NCBI GenBank assembly: GCA_045568435.1
Contig: JBJLBB010000006.1
Span: 141,382-205,381, forward strand
Direction of reading: 5' to 3'
Length of the DNA: 64,000 nt
From: Candidatus Poseidoniaceae archaeon
GTDB taxonomy: Archaea; Thermoplasmatota; Poseidoniia; Poseidoniales; Poseidoniaceae
Shown here: piece after piece, positions 20,615 to 30,256 of the stretch
Layout: each line of letters opens with the position of its first letter
How positions within the stretch are numbered: the stretch's first letter is position 1
Made by a program: the position numbers and the translations under genes
The notes under the pieces: model-generated
Told to the model about the DNA's origin: nothing
The model's input: only the letters and a program-made list of their open reading frames with translations
Databases searched by the model: none

Positions 20615-22927
20615 TTGCTTATGGAACCACTAACCGCTTTATTTGGAATCGCTGTCATAGGCGCTGGAGGAGGTACGGGATTTTGGCTAAAAAAGACGCA
20701 TGACAAGTTAGTTAGCGTCACTGAAAACAATATTCTCCTTCAACAAAGTCAAAGCGCTCATTTTAGTCATCTAAATACTGAAGTTTCCAATATGAATTCT
20801 AAATTATCCACTCTAAACGGCATGGTAGAAGCGCTACGTGCAACCAATCCTGAATTAGATGGGGCTTTATTGGCGCACAATACTATTGCTCACCTAGAAC
20901 AAATTGGTGAATTGGGTGATTCCCTAGAAGAAAGTGAAATATTCTCTCAAGCGCTAAATGCTCTGGAGACATTGGTTTCTCCTGTTTCTATCGAAAGTAA
21001 CGTAGGAGATTCAAATCTAATAAATCAGATTACGTCAAATTTAGTCTTACGATTAATCGAGTTATTTGACAGACATAATATGAATGCTAGCAGTATTGGA
21101 CTAAAAGCAGTCACTGCCCATAAATTAGGCCATGCAAGTTTAGCACTTAGAAGATATGATTGGGCTGAGAATTGTTTTGGGATTGCATACTCTTCTTCTC
21201 CAGGAAATATGAATATTTTAGAAGCACTTGAGCATATTGCATTAGAAAAAGGAGATGAAGAATTACGAAGACATTGGCTTGAAGCGAGAATGACCGTTCA
21301 GCCAGATAGTCCTGAATTACTTAGAGCCCATGCCCATTTACTAGCAAAGATGGGAGATTTAGAAGCCGAAAGAGACGTTCGACGTTTGGAGGCTTTAGGG
21401 CTAGATACTCCAGCAGACAGGTCGCTACTTTCAGGACTACGTGCAAGAGCTGGCTCTCATTCTGAGGCTTTAGAAGCAATTGAAAAGGCACTAGAGGAAG
21501 ACCCTAATCAATCCAAAGATTGGTTGAGTTATGCTAATTTATTACATCAAGAAGGAGAAGATGCTAAGGCTTACGAAGCAGCGAATAAATGTCTAGATTT
21601 AGATCGGCAATGTGGAGATGCTTGGGCCTTAACCGCCAAACTATTAGCACCAAAGTCAAATCGACTAAAGGAAGCACTCAAAGCAGCTGTTCACGCTGTT
21701 GCTCTAGAAGCAGGCGGGGTAGATTTGATTTTACTCAAGGCCGACCTATTACTTACCGAAGGTTCGGTATCGGCTTCTGAAGAATCACTGGTTAAAGCAC
21801 TAGATAAATATTCGATGAATGGAGAATTGAGGGCCAAGGTAGCAACAAGATATCTCTTAGATGGACGAATTGACGACGCTCAGCGTTTACTCGATGAAAC
21901 ACCAGTAGGAATCGACCATGCATTACTGCACGTTGTAGAAGGGCGATTGCACCTTGCAAACGCTGACAGAACTAGAGACGGTACTGGAGAAACCGATTCG
22001 ACTTTGCTATCTGTGGCTATATCCGCTTTTGAAAATGCATTGAAACTAAATCGAGAATTAGGCGTAGCATGGCTTGGCTTGGCTAGAACAAATCGACTGT
22101 TGAATAATATTGATTCAGCGGATGAAGCAATAGCAAGAGCGGGGCGATTGCTTTCTGAGGAAGACCCATCTGTGGCTGCTGAATCAGCACTTCTCGCCCT
22201 AGATAAGGGAGATATCGCAACTGCAGCACAACAAATTGACGTAGCAGACATACATGGGCAAAGCGCAGTAATCACATATGTAAGAGGTAATATTGAAGCA
22301 CGTAGTGGTCACTTAGACCGTGCATTAGAGTATTATGCTAAGACTCTCAAAGAAGACCCTGGTCACATAAGGGCTAGATTGAATAGATGTAGTATATACA
22401 TGGCATTAGATGAAGGAAGAAGGGCATTAGATGATGCTGAAATCTTACTGGACTTAGCACCAAACTTTACCTTGGCTAGATTCAAAAAGGCCGAAGCTGA
22501 AATGGCACTCGGTGAATGGTCAAATGCAAGAGCAAACTTAGAAATCGTACTTGAAAAAGCGCCTCATCATCATCAGGCATTAACCCAATTGGCATCTTGT
22601 TTCATCGCTCTTAACAGGCATGAACGTGCTGAAACACCTCTAAATGATGCTTTGCGGATTTCTCAAAATTATGCACCTGCATGGCACCAAAGAGGTTTAC
22701 TATACCTTGAATGGGGTAGAGATGATAATGCTTTGAGTGATTTTGAGGCTGCTGTGAAGTGTGATTCTAATCACTTGGATGCGCATTTACATATCGCTGC
22801 CTTACATCATGAGGCTGAAAGATTCGATGAAGCGGGTGCAGGATGGAGAGCGGTATTAGCGATAGATGAAGATCATGTTGTTGCTAGAACAAGATTAGAC
22901 GAGTGTGAGATTAAGTTGATGTCTTGA
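20615..22927 (+). CDS. Membrane-anchored tetratricopeptide-repeat protein
   Basis: N-terminal hydrophobic anchor and many TPR units (e.g. AWHQRGLLYLEWGRDDNALSDFEAAVKCD). The start is probably MEPL at 20621. Confidence 0.9.
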   Translation: MLMEPLTALFGIAVIGAGGGTGFWLKKTHDKLVSVTENNILLQQSQSAHFSHLNTEVSNMNSKLSTLNGMVEALRATNPELDGALLAHNTIAHLEQIGELGDSLEESEIFSQALNALETLVSPVSIESNVGDSNLINQITSNLVLRLIELFDRHNMNASSIGLKAVTAHKLGHASLALRRYDWAENCFGIAYSSSPGNMNILEALEHIALEKGDEELRRHWLEARMTVQPDSPELLRAHAHLLAKMGDLEAERDVRRLEALGLDTPADRSLLSGLRARAGSHSEALEAIEKALEEDPNQSKDWLSYANLLHQEGEDAKAYEAANKCLDLDRQCGDAWALTAKLLAPKSNRLKEALKAAVHAVALEAGGVDLILLKADLLLTEGSVSASEESLVKALDKYSMNGELRAKVATRYLLDGRIDDAQRLLDETPVGIDHALLHVVEGRLHLANADRTRDGTGETDSTLLSVAISAFENALKLNRELGVAWLGLARTNRLLNNIDSADEAIARAGRLLSEEDPSVAAESALLALDKGDIATAAQQIDVADIHGQSAVITYVRGNIEARSGHLDRALEYYAKTLKEDPGHIRARLNRCSIYMALDEGRRALDDAEILLDLAPNFTLARFKKAEAEMALGEWSNARANLEIVLEKAPHHHQALTQLASCFIALNRHERAETPLNDALRISQNYAPAWHQRGLLYLEWGRDDNALSDFEAAVKCDSNHLDAHLHIAALHHEAERFDEAGAGWRAVLAIDEDHVVARTRLDECEIKLMS

Positions 22928-22949
22928 GATATCAAACATTTTTCTAAAA

Positions 22950-23411
22950 TCAAATAACACCGATTACTTTGACTAGAATTCGTTTTCTTCTCTGACCATC
23001 GAATTCTGCGTAATGAATTTGCTCCCAGTTTCCAAGATGTAGTTTGCCATCTCTTACTGGCATAGTAACTTGTTGCCCTAATAATTGGCGCTTAAGGTGG
23101 GCATCTCCGTTATCTTCACCTGTTTTATGGTGGTGATATTCTTCTCCTTGATTGCCATCAATTCCATGAAATGGGGCAACCTTTTCGAGCCATTTCATGA
23201 TGTCATGATGTAAACCATACTCAAGGTCATTGACATAGCAGGATGCGGTTATATGCATCGGATTTACTAGGACTAACCCATCTTTGATTCCACTATTTGA
23301 AACAACTTCTGCAACATCTCTTGTAATACAAATAATTTCATATCGTTTCTCTGTTTCAATCCATAACTCTTCTACAAATGTTGCCGCCTGCCCAGTAACT
23401 AGTGTGCCCAT
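22950..23411 (-). CDS. yjbQ: YjbQ/UPF0047 family protein
   Basis: [23 protein letters not shown] and LGNWEQI.YAEFDG.R. Confidence 0.92.
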   Translation of the reverse strand: MGTLVTGQAATFVEELWIETEKRYEIICITRDVAEVVSNSGIKDGLVLVNPMHITASCYVNDLEYGLHHDIMKWLEKVAPFHGIDGNQGEEYHHHKTGEDNGDAHLKRQLLGQQVTMPVRDGKLHLGNWEQIHYAEFDGQRRKRILVKVIGVI

Positions 23412-23461
23412 AATATCTCGCCAGATTGAGATTTATGGTTTATGTCCATCAATATTTGCTA

Positions 23462-24124
23462 TCAAGAAGATAGTAGGTCTATCACCTGTGGATAAAGGAT
23501 ATGTTCCTCTATCTTTACTCTTTGAGATAATGTCTCGATGGTATCATCGGAAAAAACTGGAACTTTTCTCTGGGCAATAATCTGACCGGTGTCCATGCCA
23601 GCATCAACGTAATGTACCGAACAGCCAGATATTTTTACGCCCGCTGACAAAACATCCTTGTGGGCATGTGCGCCAGGGAATTTAGGTAAAAGGGACGGGT
23701 GGATGTTCAATATTTTCATGTCCCAATTTTCAACAAATTGTTCGCTTAATAAACGCATATAGCCACTTAAAATAATCAATTCGATATCATATTCTTTTAG
23801 ACAATTTGAGATTTGTAGTTCGTGATTTAGCCTGCGTTCTGTTTTGTCTTCAATATCGGCTAAAGGCAATACTTTAACTGGAATTTCGAGGGCTTCTGCG
23901 ATCTTGATTCCTCCTGCATCTGGATTATTAGAAATCACCAATAATGTTTGATGGTTACAATGCTGCTTCGACTTTTGGTGTCTTAATAGAGCCTGCATGC
24001 CTGTTCCAGAACCTGAAATTAGAATGGCGCAGCGTAAAGGTTGCTTTTCTGAACCAGTCCTGTGGTTATCAGGAAAGTGCGCCATGAATAGTGGTAGTGA
24101 CGCGATGTTTTGAGGGCTTCGCAA
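23462..24124 (-). CDS. purN: Phosphoribosylglycinamide formyltransferase
   Basis: ISGSGTGMQAL, LSGYMRLL, NIHPSLLPKFPG and GCSVHYVDAGMDTG. The start is probably MAHFP. Confidence 0.95.
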   Translation of the reverse strand: MRSPQNIASLPLFMAHFPDNHRTGSEKQPLRCAILISGSGTGMQALLRHQKSKQHCNHQTLLVISNNPDAGGIKIAEALEIPVKVLPLADIEDKTERRLNHELQISNCLKEYDIELIILSGYMRLLSEQFVENWDMKILNIHPSLLPKFPGAHAHKDVLSAGVKISGCSVHYVDAGMDTGQIIAQRKVPVFSDDTIETLSQRVKIEEHILYPQVIDLLSS

Positions 24125-25774
24125 TCAATGACGAAATAAGCGATGACCAGTAAATAGCATCGAAATACCTTTTTCATCCGCCGCATCTATCACTTCTTGG
24201 TCTCTTATTGAGCCGCCTGGCTGAACGATAGCTGAGGCTCCTGATTCGGCTGCTTGTTCAAGTCCGTCTTTGAAAGGGAAAAAGGCATCTGAGGCTAAAA
24301 CGCAGCCTTCTGCTTTCTTTCCTGCTCTTCTAGCAGCGATTCTAACCGCTTCAACACGACTGGTTTGGCCTGGACCTATACCAACTGTTGCTGTACCTTG
24401 AACCATAACTATAGCATTAGACTTAACTTGTTCACAAACCCTTACTGCAAATTTCATACTAGCTATTTCTTGCTCTGTCGGTTGCTTCTTAGTTGGAACT
24501 TTGGCCTTGGACCAATCTATCACAGGAGCTTCTTCAGTCTGAACTAACCAGCCACCTTCAATTGGCTTTTTGACCAAAATTCTTTGCAGTGGGGAGAGTC
24601 TGTTTTCTGGAGATTGGATTGTTAGGATTCGTCGATTCTTTTTCTTCATCACAATTTCCTTTGATTTACCGTTATATTCTGGCGCCATTAGAACTTCGAT
24701 AAATAGTGGCTCCATTGCTCCAGCAGTGTCTTCTTCAAGTGGTTCATTGAAACAAATAATTGAGCCAAATGCCGATTCTGGGTCACTCGCTAAAGCGGCT
24801 TGATATGCTTCTAATTGAGTTGCTCCAAGTGCTGCTCCACATGGATTATTATGTTTAACAATAACACAGGCATGAGGTGTTTCTGGCCATTCATCTGTCG
24901 ACAGTGAACGACATAATCGAAGGGTGGCATCGGCGTCTGAATAATTATTGTAAGACATATCTTTGCCACCTTCCACAACTGCAGTAACTAATGTAGAATG
25001 GTTTCCTTTTGCTTTAGGGTCGATATACAGGGCTGCAGCTTGATGGCTGTTTTCCCCATACCTTAGGGATTGAGACATATGAGCAGAAGAAAGTAAGGTG
25101 TCGGGAAGTCTTTGTGTTTGGATTTCTTTGTCACCAGATTGTTCGGGCCTTCCGACCCATCTGGCATGTAGTTCATCCGATATTGCTGCGTCATAAGCCG
25201 CTGTATGTTCGAATGCTTCAAGAGCTAATTTTTGCCTAAAGGCCAAATTGATTTTTGAAACATCTTCTGATTGCTTAATAGTTGAAATGACTTCATCATA
25301 ATTTGATGGGTCACAAACTATCAAGACATTGCGATGGTTTTTTGCTGACGCCCTAACCATTGTTGGCCCGCCTATGTCTATCATTTCCAGTAATGCAGAA
25401 TCTTCTAACTTAGGTTCTTGCATTGCAGCATCGCTAAATGGATATAGATTACAAGCAACTATTTGGATAGGAGGGTAATTTAATTCTTCCAATCCTTTCC
25501 TATCTGCTTCGCTTTCCAATCTTGCTAACAATGGCCCATGGATTGCTGGATGGAGTGATTTTACTCGACCATCAAAAATCTCAGGGTGACCGGTCACATC
25601 TGAAACTCCTATTACATCCAATCCGGATTGAGATAGTACTCGTGCTGTACCACCTGTTGAAACCAGTTCAAAGCCAAGTTGTGAAAGGGATGTTGCAAAT
25701 TCAACAATGCCTGTTTTATCATATACGCTAAGCAGAGCCCGGGGTTTACTAGATTCTACCATTACTATGCCCAA
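24125..25774 (-). CDS. purH: Bifunctional AICAR transformylase/IMP cyclohydrolase
   Basis: ALLSVYDKTG, STGGT, DGRVKSLHP, IDIGGPTMVR, LRYGENSHQ, KHNNPCG and ASDAFFPF. Confidence 0.97.
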   Translation of the reverse strand: MGIVMVESSKPRALLSVYDKTGIVEFATSLSQLGFELVSTGGTARVLSQSGLDVIGVSDVTGHPEIFDGRVKSLHPAIHGPLLARLESEADRKGLEELNYPPIQIVACNLYPFSDAAMQEPKLEDSALLEMIDIGGPTMVRASAKNHRNVLIVCDPSNYDEVISTIKQSEDVSKINLAFRQKLALEAFEHTAAYDAAISDELHARWVGRPEQSGDKEIQTQRLPDTLLSSAHMSQSLRYGENSHQAAALYIDPKAKGNHSTLVTAVVEGGKDMSYNNYSDADATLRLCRSLSTDEWPETPHACVIVKHNNPCGAALGATQLEAYQAALASDPESAFGSIICFNEPLEEDTAGAMEPLFIEVLMAPEYNGKSKEIVMKKKNRRILTIQSPENRLSPLQRILVKKPIEGGWLVQTEEAPVIDWSKAKVPTKKQPTEQEIASMKFAVRVCEQVKSNAIVMVQGTATVGIGPGQTSRVEAVRIAARRAGKKAEGCVLASDAFFPFKDGLEQAAESGASAIVQPGGSIRDQEVIDAADEKGISMLFTGHRLFRH

Positions 25775-25818
25775 TCCTTCGCTCTAGTTCGAGACTCATG
25801 AACATAGCGATTGTACAG

Positions 25819-27465
25819 TTAATCTCCACGGGCTGAAATCACTTGGTCAACACGCAATAAACCACAAGCTGTTTCACATGCCGCTTCGATTGCGTGTGCG
25901 ATTGTATCTGAACACTCTAATACATCTTTGAGTGCTCCTGCTTCGCCTTTTTTATTGATTCCACTATTGGACGTATTATTGCGTTGAAGTGCCCTTAGAG
26001 ATAATAATGAATCCAATCGATGTTGTCCTGCGTTTGAGGCAAGCGTTGCTGGAATGGATTCTAAGGCTCTAGCAAATGCTTCCATTGCAAGCCTCTCTCT
26101 ACCTGGGTTAAGTTCAGCATTCTCTCTAACAAATAAACTTGCAGACATATGGAAACTTCCGCCACCACAAATGACTGAGCCGCATTCTATTGCAGCACAA
26201 ACAGAGCGCAATGCGTCATACATCCCCCTTATTATCTCCTCACTTGCAACGCCATCGCCCCCTCCAACATCTATTGTAGATATTTTTGTTTGCTCGCCAA
26301 CTTCTAAGGTGATTCTATCTCTAGGTTCATTGGAATCCTCAACTCTTGTTATCGACATTGTTTCAAAATGCCCCAAAGATTCCTCGGTTAAATCGTCGAT
26401 ATGATTGATCATTTCTGCACCTGTTGAAAGGGCTAGGTCTTCTGTACCGCTCCTCTCTAGGCCGTCCAGAATAAAGATTCCATGATCGACTAACTTGTGC
26501 ATTATTCTATCATCTATATTTTCGGCACAGAATAATATTTTAGCCCCTGAAGAAATTATCTTTTCTGACTTTGAATCCAGTATATCTTGTTCTGCTTGGA
26601 TGAATGATTCCCACTGTTCTGGTGTAGTAATCTCGACTTCAGAATCTCTGGAAGTCTGCTGTAATTCAATAGGACATGATAGAATTGCCACCTTACCTTT
26701 GGATAGGTTTCTTGGTAACCTATCGGATTTCAATCGCCTCTCTAAGACCAGTCCTTTGACCAATCGAGTATCAGAAATACTTCCCATTCCAGATTTAGCC
26801 ATTCGAATGTCTTCTGTATTGACGACATGATTATTTTCTCTTAATTGTGCTACTTGTTTTGATGCAGCAACTATTATTTTTGCCAATTCATCACTATTTG
26901 TTTCGGCAGACGTTCCCGATAGGGATGTTTTTGCTACCGAAATCAAGCCCTCAGCATCATCTATACTGATTTTCTGCTCAACGCTTTCCAAGTGTAGTAA
27001 AGTGTGTTGCAAAGCACTTCTATATCCATTGACCAATACAAGTGGGTTGAGTCCCTTTTCGAGTAATCTTCCTGCTTCTCTCATTAATTCACTGGCAAAA
27101 ATAAGACAGCCTGTTACGCCGTCACCAAAAGCATTCTCTTGAGATTCTGCCAATAATACGAATGCTTTGGCGGCAGGGTGCTTGACCAGTAACTCTGAAA
27201 CAATCTTAGCGCCGTCATTGGTTACAGCAGCCTCTCCATTGGTTTTGTAAAGCATCTTATCTAACCCATTAGGGCCAAATGTTCCACTGATTAAATTGCC
27301 AAATGCTACTGCTGCTCCAACTAATTTTTGTGTAACTGCTACACCACTAGTTACCGAAGTAGTAGGTCTAACGATTGCTACTGGAGCGCGTCCTGAGCCA
27401 TCGTTTGGTTGAGCCATGAGGCTGGCTAATAATCGCCTGTTGAAGAAACCTTTTATGGGGTTCAC
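25819..27465 (-). CDS. Divergent group II chaperonin (thermosome/CCT-like) subunit
   Basis: TFGPNGLDKML, VTNDGAKI, FGDGVTG (canonical GDGTTT), GGGS and FARALESIPATLASNAG. The start is probably ATG 27417. Confidence 0.88.
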   Translation of the reverse strand: MNPIKGFFNRRLLASLMAQPNDGSGRAPVAIVRPTTSVTSGVAVTQKLVGAAVAFGNLISGTFGPNGLDKMLYKTNGEAAVTNDGAKIVSELLVKHPAAKAFVLLAESQENAFGDGVTGCLIFASELMREAGRLLEKGLNPLVLVNGYRSALQHTLLHLESVEQKISIDDAEGLISVAKTSLSGTSAETNSDELAKIIVAASKQVAQLRENNHVVNTEDIRMAKSGMGSISDTRLVKGLVLERRLKSDRLPRNLSKGKVAILSCPIELQQTSRDSEVEITTPEQWESFIQAEQDILDSKSEKIISSGAKILFCAENIDDRIMHKLVDHGIFILDGLERSGTEDLALSTGAEMINHIDDLTEESLGHFETMSITRVEDSNEPRDRITLEVGEQTKISTIDVGGGDGVASEEIIRGMYDALRSVCAAIECGSVICGGGSFHMSASLFVRENAELNPGRERLAMEAFARALESIPATLASNAGQHRLDSLLSLRALQRNNTSNSGINKKGEAGALKDVLECSDTIAHAIEAACETACGLLRVDQVISARGD

Positions 27466-29495
27466 TTACCCAATTTGTGAAGTTTTCGCGTTTCATCATT
27501 ACTCCAATGGTAAGCCATTTTGAGTAATTTTAGGTAGTGGCTGAGGCCATCTCTCTCCATCTTGGAATGTAATGCCTCGTTGTTGATGAAAATGTCTCCC
27601 CACAAATTAGCAGCAGTTCCTTTGTGACCCTTTGGCAAATCAAATGTTTCCTTTGTAGTTGGATCCAATAATGATTTCCAGACTACTGCCGGATTTACTG
27701 CCATGGTAACTTCAACGATAACTTCGCTTTCTCTAAGGCCTGTCCCAGTTTGCCATGAGTCCTTTCCAAGGTCTGCTAAGAATGGCAGACATAAGTCTTG
27801 AATTGATAGGCTTGTCATAGAGTCTGCATTGGTAAGTCCGGTATATGCTTCTCGCATTCTACCTCTATCTGCTCCTCTTGAACTGGTCATAGTTCTTAGT
27901 TTATCGATAGAAGTTGGCACAAGGAATCTAATATCGGTATAGTACACTAGAGGGTTGTCGTCTTTAGCACCAAATATGTGTGAGAATGGCGCTGAACCAG
28001 CTGATTCTCCAAGTATGTCCATTGGATAAATTGTCTTCAGTGCACTGTTGGCTATAGATTGTACTATTCTTCTCATTAGACGCTCAGGTGCTTGTGAAAT
28101 ATCGTCGAAAGAATTCATATATTCTTCCATGTCGATAATATCGTAACCTCTAACTGCAAGAATAGAGTGAACGTTTGGTCCAATCATTTTCTCTCCGTCA
28201 ACATCTGCTTGACTGATCCAGCGGGCGCCTTTGGCGACATCTGAGGCAGCGACAAGGTCTGCATAAGCCTTGAAACGTCGTGTTACGCGGTTCATGAAAT
28301 CTGCTTGGTCTAATTTAGTGAAGACTGTCGCCTCATAGTTAGACTTCAATGCATGGTCTGCAACTTGGCTTGCGTTAACACAAGTCAGTAGGTTACCTTG
28401 GTCAGAAGCATACATTAGTAGTCTTCTTCTCTTGGAAGAACCGCCCAATGTCCCTACTTGTGGGTCTGTTAATATGTATCCAAGACAGGCACAAACCTCG
28501 AATAAACGAGAGTACTTGTCTTCGTCGCTTGCTCTAGAAATCCATTCGTCAAGCCCTGGTTCAACACAGTGGAATTCAAGTGGAACCATTTCAGAACCTG
28601 CACCAAACATTTGCCTAACGGTAGAAGAACTCATCATTCCCATAAGAGAATACATGGATGTCTTTCCAGTAGTCATGAAAACGTCTGTGATTCCTTCTTC
28701 ACCGAAAGATGCTCTTCTGTCTGGAAGGTTAACCAAGAGGTTGAATGCTGTTGGAGTATCTCTGTTTCCATTGACTGCTGGCCAAATCCAAGTGTGTGGT
28801 CTTGTAACAAGGAAACCATTAGCATCCTTCCCAAATCCAGCTGGAGAGTAACGAATCCACCCCAGTCTATTGTTGAATGAAACGCCTCTATGCATCAATG
28901 ATGGGTAGAAACACTTGTCCAATGGGTCTGAATCTGGTACAACGCCTCTGTGTCCTAGGCCCCAAAGAATTGTTTCCCATTCTGCAAATTCGCCGTCTTT
29001 CTTTCCGAGGAATATGTGATTGTCGCCAGGCATATCTCCTGTTAAGAACGAGCCGCCCATTCTGTCTTCGTCACCTGTTGAACAGAAAAAGAATGATTGT
29101 GTAGTAAATAGTTGCTTAGGAGTCCACATGTTGGCGTTAATGATCGTCTTTTGTTTCAAGAAATCTGCAACTGTCAAAATTCTACGCTCGAATTTGAACC
29201 TCTCCGCTTCGATCCATGTTGAACCGAGATACAGGTTGGTGTTGAGTAATTTTGCCTTAGCAGGCCCTATGTACCTTGAACGAGGGTCTGATTTTGCCAT
29301 ATCTGTTTCAGGCAGTTCTTCCCAAGGACCTGTTCTTGGAAGATAATCTAAGAATGCTTCATGGTTGAATTTTTCAACTTGTGCATTAGAGACGGCTTCT
29401 TCTACTTCATCCATTAATCTGACATATGTCTCACTAGGATTCATTCTGTCTGTCTTCATCATTTCTTTATTTGATACTGTTTTATGTTCCCACAT
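27462..29495 (-). CDS. Hypothetical protein (677 aa), no family recognised
   Basis: Long ORF with a GAGGTGA Shine-Dalgarno immediately upstream. Confidence 0.8.
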   Translation of the reverse strand: MWEHKTVSNKEMMKTDRMNPSETYVRLMDEVEEAVSNAQVEKFNHEAFLDYLPRTGPWEELPETDMAKSDPRSRYIGPAKAKLLNTNLYLGSTWIEAERFKFERRILTVADFLKQKTIINANMWTPKQLFTTQSFFFCSTGDEDRMGGSFLTGDMPGDNHIFLGKKDGEFAEWETILWGLGHRGVVPDSDPLDKCFYPSLMHRGVSFNNRLGWIRYSPAGFGKDANGFLVTRPHTWIWPAVNGNRDTPTAFNLLVNLPDRRASFGEEGITDVFMTTGKTSMYSLMGMMSSSTVRQMFGAGSEMVPLEFHCVEPGLDEWISRASDEDKYSRLFEVCACLGYILTDPQVGTLGGSSKRRRLLMYASDQGNLLTCVNASQVADHALKSNYEATVFTKLDQADFMNRVTRRFKAYADLVAASDVAKGARWISQADVDGEKMIGPNVHSILAVRGYDIIDMEEYMNSFDDISQAPERLMRRIVQSIANSALKTIYPMDILGESAGSAPFSHIFGAKDDNPLVYYTDIRFLVPTSIDKLRTMTSSRGADRGRMREAYTGLTNADSMTSLSIQDLCLPFLADLGKDSWQTGTGLRESEVIVEVTMAVNPAVVWKSLLDPTTKETFDLPKGHKGTAANLWGDIFINNEALHSKMERDGLSHYLKLLKMAYHWSNDETRKLHKLGK

Positions 29496-29505
29496 TTAAT
29501 TCACC

Positions 29506-30189
29506 TCAGAATTTTCGTGAAGATTTAGGACCACTGGATTTTGGTTTAGTGGCTTTTTCTTCTACTTTTTCTTCTACTTTTTCTTCTACTTTTTCTTCTA
29601 CCGGCTCTTCCGCTGGTTCTTCCACTGGTTCTTCCACTGGCTCTTCCGCTGGTTCTTCGGTTTCCTCTTCAGTCGCTGTTTCAACTGGTTCGATTGTTTC
29701 TTCGGAAGGAGAGTCGTCATCTCCTAGTTGCTTTCTAATCGCTGTATCTGCAGCAATCGATGCTGCAACTTCTGCCTTAGCGATTACTTCATCGGCGTCA
29801 ACTGCGCCAGTGACTCCAGCAGTAGCTTGCTTGATTATTATTGCCGCAGTAGCAGCCATGGATGCGTCAACATAAGGTGCTGCGCGGTAGAAATATTGAA
29901 TTAAAAACCCTAGAGTTCCAAATACTGCCCCAAGACCAATAATCAATCCATTATTGATATTTTGAGTTCTGTCTGGATTATTGAACAACTCATCGGCAGG
30001 AATTCCTGTTTCAGGAGGCCACCATGTAGCCCCATATGCATTTGTGATTACTTCGATAGTTGCCCAAACAGCATATACTATCATGATAATCGATGCAAAG
30101 TTCATCAATGTTCTATTCTCAAGTAAGAAGGCAACTAGCGCGTCGCCCTCTTTTTTCGCTTCTTCGCCCTGCCCATCTTCAGTGCTCAT
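29506..30189 (-). CDS. Membrane protein with two TM helices and an acidic repeat tail
   Basis: Two hydrophobic segments followed by (A/V)EEP and VEEK repeats. Confidence 0.8.
   Translation of the reverse strand: MSTEDGQGEEAKKEGDALVAFLLENRTLMNFASIIMIVYAVWATIEVITNAYGATWWPPETGIPADELFNNPDRTQNINNGLIIGLGAVFGTLGFLIQYFYRAAPYVDASMAATAAIIIKQATAGVTGAVDADEVIAKAEVAASIAADTAIRKQLGDDDSPSEETIEPVETATEEETEEPAEEPVEEPVEEPAEEPVEEKVEEKVEEKVEEKATKPKSSGPKSSRKF
29554..29658 (-). repeat. Two adjacent coding 12-bp tandem repeats (VEEK x4 exact; A/VEEP x4)
   Basis: TTTTTCTTCTAC x4 at 29554-29601, followed by yGGyTCTTCCrC units. Confidence 0.9.
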
Positions 30190-30256
30190 ACCTTAGGGTG
30201 TTCGGCTTGACTATTAAAGTGAAACCCCTTTCGAAATATCAAAAAGGTGATTTTCT

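Noticed and set aside
29471-29875. Ser-rich plus-strand ORF and possible CRISPR-like repeats
   Set aside because: It is the antisense of coding 12-bp repeats, with no unique spacers and no cas genes.
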